Assembly (NCBI GenBank): GCA_965218095.1
Contig: OZ244587.1
Coordinates: 1,056,001-1,120,000 of the forward strand
DNA: 64,000 nucleotides
Source: Candidatus Poribacteria bacterium
Lineage (GTDB): Bacteria; Poribacteria; WGA-4E; PCPOR2b
Direction: 5' to 3'
Both the position numbers and the translations under genes were made by a program. The stretch's first letter is position 1. Each line of letters starts with the position of its first letter. Below the pieces are notes generated by a model that searched no databases, was not told the DNA's origin, and worked only from the letters and a program-made list of their open reading frames with translations. This document shows, piece by piece, positions 36,428 through 46,178 of the stretch.

Positions 36428-36852
36428 ATGCATCCTAAACACACGACCTTTTCACTCCTTTTTTCTCTACTGCCGCTCTCGGCGATTGCCTCTGCTCAGG
36501 AACCGGCAACAAAAGCCGATCTGCAAGCATTAGAATTGAAGCTGACTAATCAGATGACGGAGATGGGTAAACGCCTCACCGGTCAGATTGCAGCACTAGA
36601 CAAACGCCTGACCACCCGAATTGACGTGTTGTTTTGGGCAATGAGCGCGTTAATCGGAATCGTCTTAGCCGTAATTGCCTTCAAGTTTTAGGATATTTTC
36701 AAGGAAAGCGGGAGCGCGCCGATTTGCAAACGCAGATCGAAGAACAGCGTGTTGATATGCAGAAGATGGTTGAAGAATTGAACCAGCGTGTTGAACAACA
36801 GCAGCAGGAAATTGAGGAATTGAAATCCCGAAGAATTGTGACGCCCTCTTGA
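36428..36852 (+). pseudogene. Signal peptide/coiled-coil/TM/coiled-coil protein, frameshifted near 36680
   Basis: ORF 36428-36691 continues as QVLGYFQGKRERADLQ... in another frame. Confidence 0.6.
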
Positions 36853-37021
36853 TCGATGAAAACAGAAACGCCCCTATTACGCATTACGCAGCACATTGAG
36901 ATCAGATCTTTTTCTTGAAACTCCCCGACATCTGTGTTACAATCTGAATTTCCTGAAATCACAAGTTGTGCGAATTACTCAATGGATATTATCACCCAAC
37001 ACATTGATGAGCGACACTGTT

Positions 37022-38494
37022 ATGAGAAATTCGAGAAAAGCGTTACTGCGCTTCACAGCTTTGGGGCTTCTCCCGTTCTGCATAACAACTGCGGCATCTG
37101 CCCAGACTGCCGAGCAGATTGCGGAGCGAGCGTTAGCGGCTACAGCGTATTTAGAGATGACTGATAGGAACGGCAAAACTCTTGGATTTGGCAGCGGCTT
37201 CGTCGTTGACCAGAGCCAGATTGCAACCAACTTCCACGTTATCGAAGGAGCGGCAAAAGGAACTGCAAAGCTGGTTGGCAAAACCACGAAATATACTATC
37301 GAAGGCATATCCGCAATTGATGAGAAAAATGACCTCGCCATCCTAAAGGTCAAGGGATTTGGGGGTGAACCACTCCCCCTTGGCGACAGCGATACGGTTA
37401 AAATTGACCAAACGGTTTACGTCGCAGGCAATCCGAAAGGATTGGAAGGTACGTTTTCAGATGGCATCATCAGTGACCTCGTCGCCCCAAAGTTCTATAT
37501 GATTCCAGAACAATCCTACATAATAACTGCGCCCATTTCTCCGGGGGGTAATGGGGGGGCCGTGCTAAACGGAAGCGGCGAAGTCATAGGTGTTTCTTTG
37601 CGGTTCACTATATACATGCACACGTACACGTTGGCCATTCCTTCAAATTATCTCAAGGAGTTACTCGCTTGGTCAGGGGAGACAAAACCTTTGTCACAGG
37701 ACGAACAATCCATATCCACCAAAACCCATTTTATTAGAGGTTGTGTAAACAACGAGCTAGGTAACTATAATGAAGCCGTTGCAGCCTATACACAGGCAAT
37801 CTGTCTCGGCTTTGATTATGACTTTGTCTACACCGGGCGGGGAAAAGCGAAGGATAAATTAGGACAATACTTCACCGCTATCACCGATTATGATACTGCT
37901 ATACGACTCAGACCCAATTTTGGCTATGCTTATCTCAGGCGGGGTAGCGCGAAGGCTGCATTAAAACAATACTTCACCGCTATCACCGATTACGATACCG
38001 TTATACGACTTAACCCGGATTCTACCCTAGCTGTCACGGCTTACATCAAGCGGGGACAGGCGAAGGATAGCTTAGGACAATACTTCACCGCTATCACCGA
38101 TTATGATACTGCTATACGACTCAGACCCAATTCTGACTATGCTTATCTCAATCGGGGTAATGCGAAGGCTGCATTAAAACAACACGCCGCCGCCATCGAA
38201 GACTACGACAAGGCAATCCAGCTTGAACCCGATGATGCCTCTGCCTACATCAATCGGGGAAGATTGAAGGCTATTTTAGAACAATACCTCGCTGCCATCG
38301 CAGACTGTGACAAGGCAATCCAACTTGAACCGAATAATGCCAGAGCTTATTGCATTCGGGGAATTACAAAGGATCTACTGGGGCACACTTGGGAAGGGAA
38401 GCAAGATCTCCGAACTGCATTGCAGCTTGCGAAACAGGCCGGCGATGAGGGTCTCAAAGATGAAATCGAGAAAATGCTTAAGATGTTCGACTAG
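37022..38494 (+). CDS. Exported trypsin-like domain + TPR repeat protein (catalytic Ser apparently lost)
   Basis: Signal peptide, GSGF, TNFHV, NDLAIL, ISPGGNGG, then about six TPRs. Confidence 0.85.
   Translation: MRNSRKALLRFTALGLLPFCITTAASAQTAEQIAERALAATAYLEMTDRNGKTLGFGSGFVVDQSQIATNFHVIEGAAKGTAKLVGKTTKYTIEGISAIDEKNDLAILKVKGFGGEPLPLGDSDTVKIDQTVYVAGNPKGLEGTFSDGIISDLVAPKFYMIPEQSYIITAPISPGGNGGAVLNGSGEVIGVSLRFTIYMHTYTLAIPSNYLKELLAWSGETKPLSQDEQSISTKTHFIRGCVNNELGNYNEAVAAYTQAICLGFDYDFVYTGRGKAKDKLGQYFTAITDYDTAIRLRPNFGYAYLRRGSAKAALKQYFTAITDYDTVIRLNPDSTLAVTAYIKRGQAKDSLGQYFTAITDYDTAIRLRPNSDYAYLNRGNAKAALKQHAAAIEDYDKAIQLEPDDASAYINRGRLKAILEQYLAAIADCDKAIQLEPNNARAYCIRGITKDLLGHTWEGKQDLRTALQLAKQAGDEGLKDEIEKMLKMFD
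37860..38181 (+). repeat. Near-identical internal TPR duplication (213-bp offset)
   Basis: AGGACAATACTTCACCGCTATCACCGATTATGATACTGC...GCATTAAAACAA at 37861 and 38074. Confidence 0.85.
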
Positions 38495-38630
38495 ATTCTG
38501 TTGACATTTGACGAATTGAACCATTACTGATGCACCTTGCAGTGATTTCGGACAACTGCCCCGGTTTTTGGTGGGGCACCCGATGATTACAGCGTTTCCC
38601 GAATTCGTGACAGCAAATGTCAACACGCCC
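38494..38630. mobile_element. MITE with IS5-type ends
   Basis: CTA-GATTCTGTTGACATTTG ... CAAATGTCAACACGCCC-TAG; same end motif and CTAG context as the IS5 copies. Confidence 0.85.
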
Positions 38631-38735
38631 TAGCAAGATCTGAAACATAGGGAAGTTTCCCGGAGGTTCTGTGCTTAAAATTCAGTTGTTTTTCGGGGTG
38701 AAATTGGGATCGAGATTTGTTACAGAACAGGTAAT

Positions 38736-40259
38736 ATGAGTAATCAAGTTCCAGACAAAAATTATGTTTATAGTGCTTTATTGCGCTACAATTACCTACC
38801 TATCGGCAAAGTACGCCCGGACGAGATACCGTCCAAAATCTTTTCTACCGAAGATTTCACGCCCAAAGTAGCTGATGAAATGCTTAAACAATATGGAGGA
38901 AAGCTAAAAAAGAAAGGATATGATCAGATAGAATACCGTGCAACTCGTTTTAATAAAGTGACGCGGCTTATGCATATTCCGCATCCACTGCCCTATGCGC
39001 GCTTATGCAAATGCCTATCAGACAACTGGGATAAACTCTCACATATATGTGAAAATCCCAACAGCGGCTTGAAGCCTGCGCGACATGATAATGGCAAACT
39101 GATAATGAGGAATTATGAACATATAGAGGACGAACAATTCCCAGGACTAAGGTTACGATTAGAGATTTCGACGGGTAAATTTTACCGGGTTGAAGCGGAT
39201 ATTTCATCATTTTTTCCTTCCATTTATACGCATTCAATCCCATGGGCACTCGTTGGACAACAGAAAGCAAAATCAAATTGGAATCCCAACGAATGGTATA
39301 ATAAGCTTGATAAAGTACAGCAAAACTTAAAAAGAAAAGAAACACGAGGAATACCTATTGGGCCGGCTACTTCAAATATTATATCCGAACTTATCCTATA
39401 CGAAGTTGATAAAGTATTACGTAAAAAGAACTATCAGTTTACGCGATATATTGATGATTATGAATGCTATTGCGAAACCCGGGAACAAGCAGAAAACTTT
39501 ATCCCGGACCTTGAGCGGGAATTACGGAAGTATCTCTTAGATCTTAACGCGGGGAAAGTGCGGACTGAGGAGTTACCTCTCGGGTTTCAAGCACAATGGG
39601 TGATTGCTTTGAGAAATCCTTTACCCTCTAAAAAGAAGCCCTCCCTTTGGGATATTATGAGTTTTCTGGATTCTGCAGTTGATTTACAAAAGCGTTATCC
39701 TGAAGGAAGTGTCTTGAAATATGCTGCACGTACGCTTGCTAACTCCAAGAAAAAGGAATTTGATAAAAACAGTGCTAGTTTTTTTCTGGAATACCTCATC
39801 GCGATAGCGGTTCACACGCCTAGCGTACTTCCAATTCTTTGCCAAGTAGCAAAGGAACATAACGTGGGTTCAAAATTGACAATTGAACCTGTTCTGAAGC
39901 AATCTATTAAGTTCCGGCGTTCTGATGCTATTTGTTGGTGTTTGTACTTCATGGGAATCTGCGGCCTAGCAGTTAGTGACAAACTTGCTACAGCTATCAT
40001 TGAGACGGAAGATTGTATGTCAATGGGGATGCTCATCGCCTTAAACCAACATCAAGAAAAGGTCTTTGATTTTCTTGGATACAAATTTAACTCCGCATCA
40101 AAATCAAAATATGACTATGACTATGACCAGTACTGGATTCTGATTCATGAATTAGCTCCAGACTGTCCCCAATTCAACCGTTACCGTGGAGAATCTGGAT
40201 TAAAATTTCTCAGAAAAAAGAATGTCCATTTTATAAAGCCGATAAATACAGAGACCTAA
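38736..40259 (+). CDS. Defense-associated reverse transcriptase, DRT4 (UG15/AbiA-class)-like
   Basis: ALLRYNY.P, YDQIEY.ATR.N, ADIS.FF.SIYTHSIPWA, ET.GIPIGPATS, RYIDDY, GSVLKYA and SDA..W.LYF motifs, then a helical C-terminal domain. AT-rich. Confidence 0.85.
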   Translation: MSNQVPDKNYVYSALLRYNYLPIGKVRPDEIPSKIFSTEDFTPKVADEMLKQYGGKLKKKGYDQIEYRATRFNKVTRLMHIPHPLPYARLCKCLSDNWDKLSHICENPNSGLKPARHDNGKLIMRNYEHIEDEQFPGLRLRLEISTGKFYRVEADISSFFPSIYTHSIPWALVGQQKAKSNWNPNEWYNKLDKVQQNLKRKETRGIPIGPATSNIISELILYEVDKVLRKKNYQFTRYIDDYECYCETREQAENFIPDLERELRKYLLDLNAGKVRTEELPLGFQAQWVIALRNPLPSKKKPSLWDIMSFLDSAVDLQKRYPEGSVLKYAARTLANSKKKEFDKNSASFFLEYLIAIAVHTPSVLPILCQVAKEHNVGSKLTIEPVLKQSIKFRRSDAICWCLYFMGICGLAVSDKLATAIIETEDCMSMGMLIALNQHQEKVFDFLGYKFNSASKSKYDYDYDQYWILIHELAPDCPQFNRYRGESGLKFLRKKNVHFIKPINTET

Positions 40260-40315
40260 GGTCTGAAGTTCGCTTCATATGACGAGGATATAGAAATTCT
40301 GAGGATAACTACATA

Positions 40316-41578
40316 ATGAACAGATCACTGAGTGAAGTTGACCCACAGATTGTCCAGATTATGCTTCAAGATCTGGACCGGCTGCAAAATTGCCTGACAT
40401 TGATTCCTTCGGAAAATTATGTGAGTAAAGCGGTCATGCAGATGCAGGCGAGTGTTCTTACCAGTAAATACGCCGAAGGCACTCCTGGTGCTCGTTATTA
40501 CAACGGCTGTGCATTCGTAGACGGAGTGGAAAGCCTCGCAATCGATCGTGCGAAGCGGCTTTTCGGCGTTGAGCATGTCAACGTGCAGCCGCACGCCGGG
40601 AATTTAGCCAATATGGCAGCTTACCATGCGCTGCTTGAGCCGGGCGATACGATTCTGTCAATGAGACTCGATCACGGCGGTCATCTGAGTCATGGGCTTC
40701 CCCAGAATTTCTCAGGTAAATATTACAACGTCGTCCCTTACGGTGTTGACACGGAAACAGAGCGGATTAACATAAGTGCGATAGCCGAACTTGCGAAAGT
40801 GCACCAGCCCAAGCTAATTATCGTTGGCGGTAGTGCTTACCCACGCTGGTTCAATTTTTCGCAGTGGCGAGAAGTTGCAGATTCTGTTGGTGCATATCTC
40901 ATGGCGGACATCGCTCATATTGCGGGACTTATTGCCGCAGATGCGCATCCGGATCCGGCGGCTTACTGTGATGTAATCACCACAACGACTCACAAGACCC
41001 TGCGTGGTCCGCGTGGAGGGATCATCATGTCCAGAAATCAACTCGCTGAAGCAATTGATCGGGCGGTATTTCCGGGTATACAGGGCGGTCCCTTCATGCA
41101 CACCATTGCGGCGAAAGCGGTTGCCTTCAAAGAAGCCATGGAGCCAGCCTTCAGGGAATACCAAAGACAGGTCGTGAAAAACGCCAAGGCCCTTGCCAAA
41201 GCACTCTCCGAAAATGGATTTCGCCTAGTAAGCGGCGGCACGGACAACCACCTCATGCTGATCGATTTGACCGCGACATACAAGCAGTTGAGTGGGCGGC
41301 AAGCCGCAGACTACCTTGAGGGGGCAGGGATTATTGTCAACAAGAATACCATCCCGTTTGATAAACGGTCTGCGACCACAACGAGTGGGATTCGACTTGG
41401 CACGCCAATGGTGACAGCACGCGGAATGAAAGAGGCAGAGATGAAGTCGATTGCTGATTTCATTAGCGAAGTCCTCCAGGAACGAAGAAACAAAAAAGCC
41501 AAACAGCGCTTTAGAGAAAAAGTTCAGGAACTGTGTCAGCAATTTCCAATCTATGAAGATCTGAATCTGTGGACATGA
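40316..41578 (+). CDS. glyA: Serine hydroxymethyltransferase
   Basis: LIPSENY, GGHLSHG and [13 protein letters not shown] motifs. Confidence 0.97.
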   Translation: MNRSLSEVDPQIVQIMLQDLDRLQNCLTLIPSENYVSKAVMQMQASVLTSKYAEGTPGARYYNGCAFVDGVESLAIDRAKRLFGVEHVNVQPHAGNLANMAAYHALLEPGDTILSMRLDHGGHLSHGLPQNFSGKYYNVVPYGVDTETERINISAIAELAKVHQPKLIIVGGSAYPRWFNFSQWREVADSVGAYLMADIAHIAGLIAADAHPDPAAYCDVITTTTHKTLRGPRGGIIMSRNQLAEAIDRAVFPGIQGGPFMHTIAAKAVAFKEAMEPAFREYQRQVVKNAKALAKALSENGFRLVSGGTDNHLMLIDLTATYKQLSGRQAADYLEGAGIIVNKNTIPFDKRSATTTSGIRLGTPMVTARGMKEAEMKSIADFISEVLQERRNKKAKQRFREKVQELCQQFPIYEDLNLWT

Positions 41579-41584
41579 ATCACG

Positions 41585-42916
41585 TTGAATTACGAATCCG
41601 CTCTCGCCTATATTAACACATTCATCAACTTTGAGAAAAGTCCCGATTTCTCCCGACAGGCACGCCTCTATAATCTCAATCGCATCTCTCTCCTTTTAGA
41701 GCGCCTTGGAAATCCACATCGCAATTTGACGGTTATCCATATCGCTGGCAGCAAGGGGAAGGGGTCAACAGCAGCACTTATCGCTTCGATACTCACCCAC
41801 GGAGGCTACAGGACCGGCTTGTTTTCACAGCCGCACCTGATTACTCCCCGTGAACGTTGTCGCATTGACTCGCGGCTGATTTCAGAGAAGGCCTTCGCGC
41901 ATTATATCGATCGGATGAAACCGTCGATCGAGACTGTGGCAGGGATGGAAGCGATTGGGCCCATCTCCTTCTTTGAGATTTATACAGCCCTTGCCTTCTA
42001 CTATTTTGCAGACAATGCGGTTGATTTTGCGGTTGTTGAAGTGGGACTTGGCGGGCGGCTGGATGCGACAAATGTTGTCCATCCGCTTGTGAGCGTTATC
42101 ACGCCGATTAGCCTGGAGCACACAGCGGTGCTTGGAAATACACGCGGAAAGATCGCGAAGGAAAAGGCCGAGATCATTAAAACCGGCCGCCCGCTTGTGT
42201 TAGCCCCACAAGCCCCTGGAGCGCAAGCCGTGCTTGAAAGGGTCGCCGCAGACCGGGACGCCCCGATCGATCAGGTCGGACGCGGCATCTACCTGAAACG
42301 TAAAATCTGGAATATCGGTGGGCAGACGTTTGACCTCAACACACAGCAAACGTCATATCCAGACCTTTTTTTACCGTTGCTCGGTGAACATCAGGCGATT
42401 AACGCAGCGACTGCGATTGCTTGCATTGAGCGCATTCGTAAGGAAGGATATTCGATTCCCAGGACGAGTATCTACAACGGGCTGAAGGAGATTCGTTGGC
42501 CCGGACGCATGCAAGTCGTGGGGCGCTTGCCGATTATGTTGCTGGATGGAGCCCACTCGCCGACTTCGGCGAAGGTGTTGTGCAAGGCCATCCGTGAAAC
42601 CTTTCGTTACCGACGTTTGATTTTTGTCGTGGCGCTGATGCGGGACAAAGCCCTGAAAGCCATCGGCCGGGTGTTCTGTCCATTTGCCGATGAAATCATT
42701 ACAACACAGGCGTTTGATAACCCTCGCGTTATCCCGGCTGAGGAGATCGCGCAGGCGTGGTTAGATTTCGGAGTAGCTCTTCATGTTTGCCCCACAGTCC
42801 CTGAGGCAATACAGTTCGCGCAATCCATTGCCACACCTGCGGATATGATCTGTATCGCGGGCTCCATCTATCTCGTCGGAGAAACGATGAAGGTACTTGG
42901 TATATGTGAAACGTAA
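41585..42916 (+). CDS. folC: Folylpolyglutamate synthase / dihydrofolate synthase
   Basis: HIAGSKGKGS, EVGLGGRLDATN, WPGR and DGAH motifs; TTG start. Confidence 0.93.
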   Translation: MNYESALAYINTFINFEKSPDFSRQARLYNLNRISLLLERLGNPHRNLTVIHIAGSKGKGSTAALIASILTHGGYRTGLFSQPHLITPRERCRIDSRLISEKAFAHYIDRMKPSIETVAGMEAIGPISFFEIYTALAFYYFADNAVDFAVVEVGLGGRLDATNVVHPLVSVITPISLEHTAVLGNTRGKIAKEKAEIIKTGRPLVLAPQAPGAQAVLERVAADRDAPIDQVGRGIYLKRKIWNIGGQTFDLNTQQTSYPDLFLPLLGEHQAINAATAIACIERIRKEGYSIPRTSIYNGLKEIRWPGRMQVVGRLPIMLLDGAHSPTSAKVLCKAIRETFRYRRLIFVVALMRDKALKAIGRVFCPFADEIITTQAFDNPRVIPAEEIAQAWLDFGVALHVCPTVPEAIQFAQSIATPADMICIAGSIYLVGETMKVLGICET

Positions 42917-42978
42917 AACGTAATGCGTAAAATGTAAAGAACGTACCTACTTATACTCACTTTTAGAGGAGGAGTTTT

Positions 42979-45336
42979 ATGATCGAAACAGTTGTCAACT
43001 GGCTCCATGGAAGGAGCCGTAAATGTTTAGTATTTCTCGCTTCATTGGTGGGAGTGGCAGCCACAAATTCTGCCTTCGCACAAACCGAATCTCTCCCTTC
43101 GGTGCCAGCCGCGTGGTGGCTTGCGCCAATTGGCTCATTGTTCGCCTTGGCGTTCGCATTTTTCTTCTACAAATCCGTCATGAAGCAGAGTGAAGGCACA
43201 GAGGTGATGCGTGAGATCGCCCAATCCGTCCGCGAAGGGGCGATGGCTTACCTGAGACAGCAGTATAAAGTGGTGGGGATTGTTTTCGTCGTGCTATGCG
43301 TTATCTTCCTCATCATGGCTTTCGGGTTAAATGCCCAAAACAAGGTTGTTCCTTTTGCGTTTTTGACGGGTGGTTTCTTTTCAGGGCTTTGTGGTTTTCT
43401 TGGCATGAAGACCGCAACCAACGCATCGGCTCGCACGACGAGTGCCGCGATGGAGGGCCTCAACTCCGGTTTGCGAGTTGCCTTTCGCGCCGGTGCTGTG
43501 ATGGGACTGGTAGTTGTTGGCTTCGCTCTTTTAGACATCGCCGGTTGGTTCTTGATCCTTTACTATCTTTTCCCCAAGATTTTCCCAGGCTTTTTGGGCA
43601 CAAACCCACTGCCCCAGATCACCGTGATCATGTTGAGTTTTGGTATGGGTGCCTCCACACAGGCACTCTTTGCGCGTGTCGGGGGTGGCATCTACACGAA
43701 GGCAGCCGATGTCGGTGCCGATCTGGTAGGAAAAGTGGAAGCCGGCATCCCTGAAGATGATCCACGCAACCCTGCCGTGATTGCGGATAATGTCGGCGAT
43801 AATGTTGGCGATGTGGCGGGGATGGGGGCAGACCTGTACGAGTCTTATGCAGGCTCAATTTTGGCGACCGCTGCACTCGGTGTTGCCGCTATCGCCGCCA
43901 AAGAGCATGATAACATTGCGCTACAGTTAAAGTATCTCTCTGCCCCTATGGTCATCGCAGGAATTGGTGTGGTTCTCTCTATTTTGGGAATTTATATGGT
44001 GCGGACTAAAGAAGGTGCCTCAATGAGGCAGTTGATGGGTTCACTCAACCTGGGCATCAACGGGAGTGCGATTGGCATTGCCATCCTGGCGATTCCGGTG
44101 CTACTGTATCTAGACCTCCCGAACAAGTGGCAAATTTGGGGCGCGATTGTGGCGGGTTTGTTAGCTGGGCTGATTATCGGCAAGGTGACCGAAGTGTTTA
44201 CATCCCACGATTATAGCCCAACACAGGGTATCGCCAAGCAGGCTGAAACGGGGCCGGCAACGGTTATCATTGAGGGCATTGCTGTGGGGATGCAGTCCAC
44301 CGCCATTCCTGTGATAACAGTTATTGCGGCTGTTGCAATTAGCTTCTATCTTCCGGGCGGTGCCAAAGATACGCTGATGGGGCTCTACGGGGTTGGCATT
44401 GCCGCCGTTGGAATGCTCGCCACACTCGGTATCACACTCGCCACTGATGCGTATGGGCCCATTGCGGACAACGCCGGCGGAAACGCAGAAATGTCTGAAC
44501 TGGATCCGAGTGTCCGTCAACGTACAGACCAACTCGATTCCCTCGGTAACACCACCGCCGCGACCGGCAAAGGATTCGCCATCGGTTCCGCTGCGCTCAC
44601 CGCGCTTGCACTCCTTGCCGCTTACCTTGAGGAGGTCCGGTATGGGTTAATTCACTTAGCAGACCAACATCAACTCGCCATCCCTGGTGAAGGGATGGTT
44701 GATACCGTCAAGGTCAGCATTGCCCAGTTCATGTCTTATTACAATGTGACCCTGATGAATCCTAAAGTGTTGATTGGTCTGTTTATCGGTGCGGTGATGG
44801 TGTTCTACTTCTGTGCCTTGACGATGAAAGCGGTTGGTCGTGCTGCCGGCGCGATGGTGTTGGAGGTCCGGCGTCAATTCCACGAGCGGCCGGGCATCAT
44901 GGAGCGGACAGAGAAGCCGGACTACGCCCGGTGTGTGGCGATTTCAACAGTCGGTGCGCAGAGAGAGATGATTCTTCCATCGCTGATTGCGATTATTGTC
45001 CCGGTGGTCGTTGGCTTGGTATTTAACGTTGCGGGTGTCCTCGGCTTGCTTGCCGGCGGTTTGGTGACCGGATTCGTGCTGGCGGTGATGATGGCGAATG
45101 CCGGCAGCGCGTGGGACAATGCAAAGAAGTACATTGAGGGCGGGGAATACGGCGGTAAGGGCTCTGACAATCATGCCGCAACGGTTGTCGGCGATACTGT
45201 CGGCGATCCGTTCAAGGATACCTCCGGGCCATCGCTCAACATTTTGATCAAACTGATGTCGATGGTGTCCGTGGTATTCGCAGGATTAATTGCGAAATAC
45301 GGTGCCGTGATCGGTGGCTTGTTGGGGATGGGCTGA
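42979..45336 (+). CDS. hppA: Membrane-bound K+-dependent Na+(/H+)-translocating pyrophosphatase
   Basis: KAADVGADLVGKVE, DNVGDNVGD, GNTTAA and GDTVGDPFKD motifs. Confidence 0.95.
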   Translation: MIETVVNWLHGRSRKCLVFLASLVGVAATNSAFAQTESLPSVPAAWWLAPIGSLFALAFAFFFYKSVMKQSEGTEVMREIAQSVREGAMAYLRQQYKVVGIVFVVLCVIFLIMAFGLNAQNKVVPFAFLTGGFFSGLCGFLGMKTATNASARTTSAAMEGLNSGLRVAFRAGAVMGLVVVGFALLDIAGWFLILYYLFPKIFPGFLGTNPLPQITVIMLSFGMGASTQALFARVGGGIYTKAADVGADLVGKVEAGIPEDDPRNPAVIADNVGDNVGDVAGMGADLYESYAGSILATAALGVAAIAAKEHDNIALQLKYLSAPMVIAGIGVVLSILGIYMVRTKEGASMRQLMGSLNLGINGSAIGIAILAIPVLLYLDLPNKWQIWGAIVAGLLAGLIIGKVTEVFTSHDYSPTQGIAKQAETGPATVIIEGIAVGMQSTAIPVITVIAAVAISFYLPGGAKDTLMGLYGVGIAAVGMLATLGITLATDAYGPIADNAGGNAEMSELDPSVRQRTDQLDSLGNTTAATGKGFAIGSAALTALALLAAYLEEVRYGLIHLADQHQLAIPGEGMVDTVKVSIAQFMSYYNVTLMNPKVLIGLFIGAVMVFYFCALTMKAVGRAAGAMVLEVRRQFHERPGIMERTEKPDYARCVAISTVGAQREMILPSLIAIIVPVVVGLVFNVAGVLGLLAGGLVTGFVLAVMMANAGSAWDNAKKYIEGGEYGGKGSDNHAATVVGDTVGDPFKDTSGPSLNILIKLMSMVSVVFAGLIAKYGAVIGGLLGMG

Positions 45337-45494
45337 TGAAATTGTTTCTCAGGACCTTGGCATCCGTTATGGTTTTATCCCCAAACGGTGGAGTTGATGC
45401 GGTGACAAATGTTGAAGGAACTGGGGCTTGATGAACCTCAAGGAATACTGAGGAAGGTGATTCACTGTGTGGAAATCCTGCGGTCGTCGGTGAT

Positions 45495-45552
45495 TCTCAA
45501 TCATCTTACTTATTTATCAATTATTTTGGCATGGACAATGGGGTCCACTTTA
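45495..45552 (+). mobile_element. Orphan IS3 right end
   Basis: TCTCAATCATCTTACTTATTT...TTTTGGCATGGACAATGGGGTCCACTTTA resembles 13112-13168. Confidence 0.65.
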
Positions 45553-45622
45553 GAACTAGATGGATACCTGGCAATCCACCTAATGGATTGTTTAGATATA
45601 ACTGACAGAAAAAGGAGATCCT

Positions 45623-46054
45623 ATGTCAAATCTGATGTGTTGTGTTAGGGTTGAATGGGAAGGCCCCTTCTCTGTTGATGACGTGATAGCAGAGCTGAAC
45701 AATAAGGACGACTATGGTTTATACCAAATCTATGGCAAGCACATCATCTTCGGGGAAAATTCCCTGCTCTACATTGGAATGACAGACCAGACCTTCAGCG
45801 AAAGACTCGAAGGTCACAGGAAGGATTGGTTATGGTATGATGAAGAGTGGGGGAAGGTTTCTATCCGAATTGCTCGCGTTCCGTCAAAGGTCCTCAAAGA
45901 TGCTGAGGCACTTGAAATCTACTGGCATTCACCGCCATATAATTCACAGAACATCTACGACTACAAGGGCAGTCAATTGCAAATCATGAACGAAGGAGAG
46001 CATGGTAGCTTGGTAAAGTGTCTGTCCACTGAGAGGCTTCCGTGGTACAGATGA
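45623..46054 (+). CDS. GIY-YIG nuclease-like protein
   Basis: GLYQIY...LYIGMT...F.ERL..H...E..EI...P.YN; RBS AGGAG. Confidence 0.7.
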   Translation: MSNLMCCVRVEWEGPFSVDDVIAELNNKDDYGLYQIYGKHIIFGENSLLYIGMTDQTFSERLEGHRKDWLWYDEEWGKVSIRIARVPSKVLKDAEALEIYWHSPPYNSQNIYDYKGSQLQIMNEGEHGSLVKCLSTERLPWYR

Positions 46055-46178
46055 AAACCGAATGACCAACACGAGAATCCTCTTTAGCGTAAAAGTTGAA
46101 TATGATCCCCTTAATGCTACAATTATCATCAAAAACCTCAAAGCGATGACGAACTGCTAACCTCCAAAGGTTCAAAAA

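Noticed and set aside
38494-38735. Retron msr-msd upstream of the RT
   Set aside because: The inverted repeats match the IS5 ends found elsewhere in the window, and the RT lacks retron NAxxH/VTG motifs.
37860-40259. Diversity-generating retroelement (repeat pair next to an RT)
   Set aside because: Both repeats lie in frame within the TPR array and mismatches are not adenine-specific (C/T, T/G). No avd gene is present, and the RT is DRT4-like.
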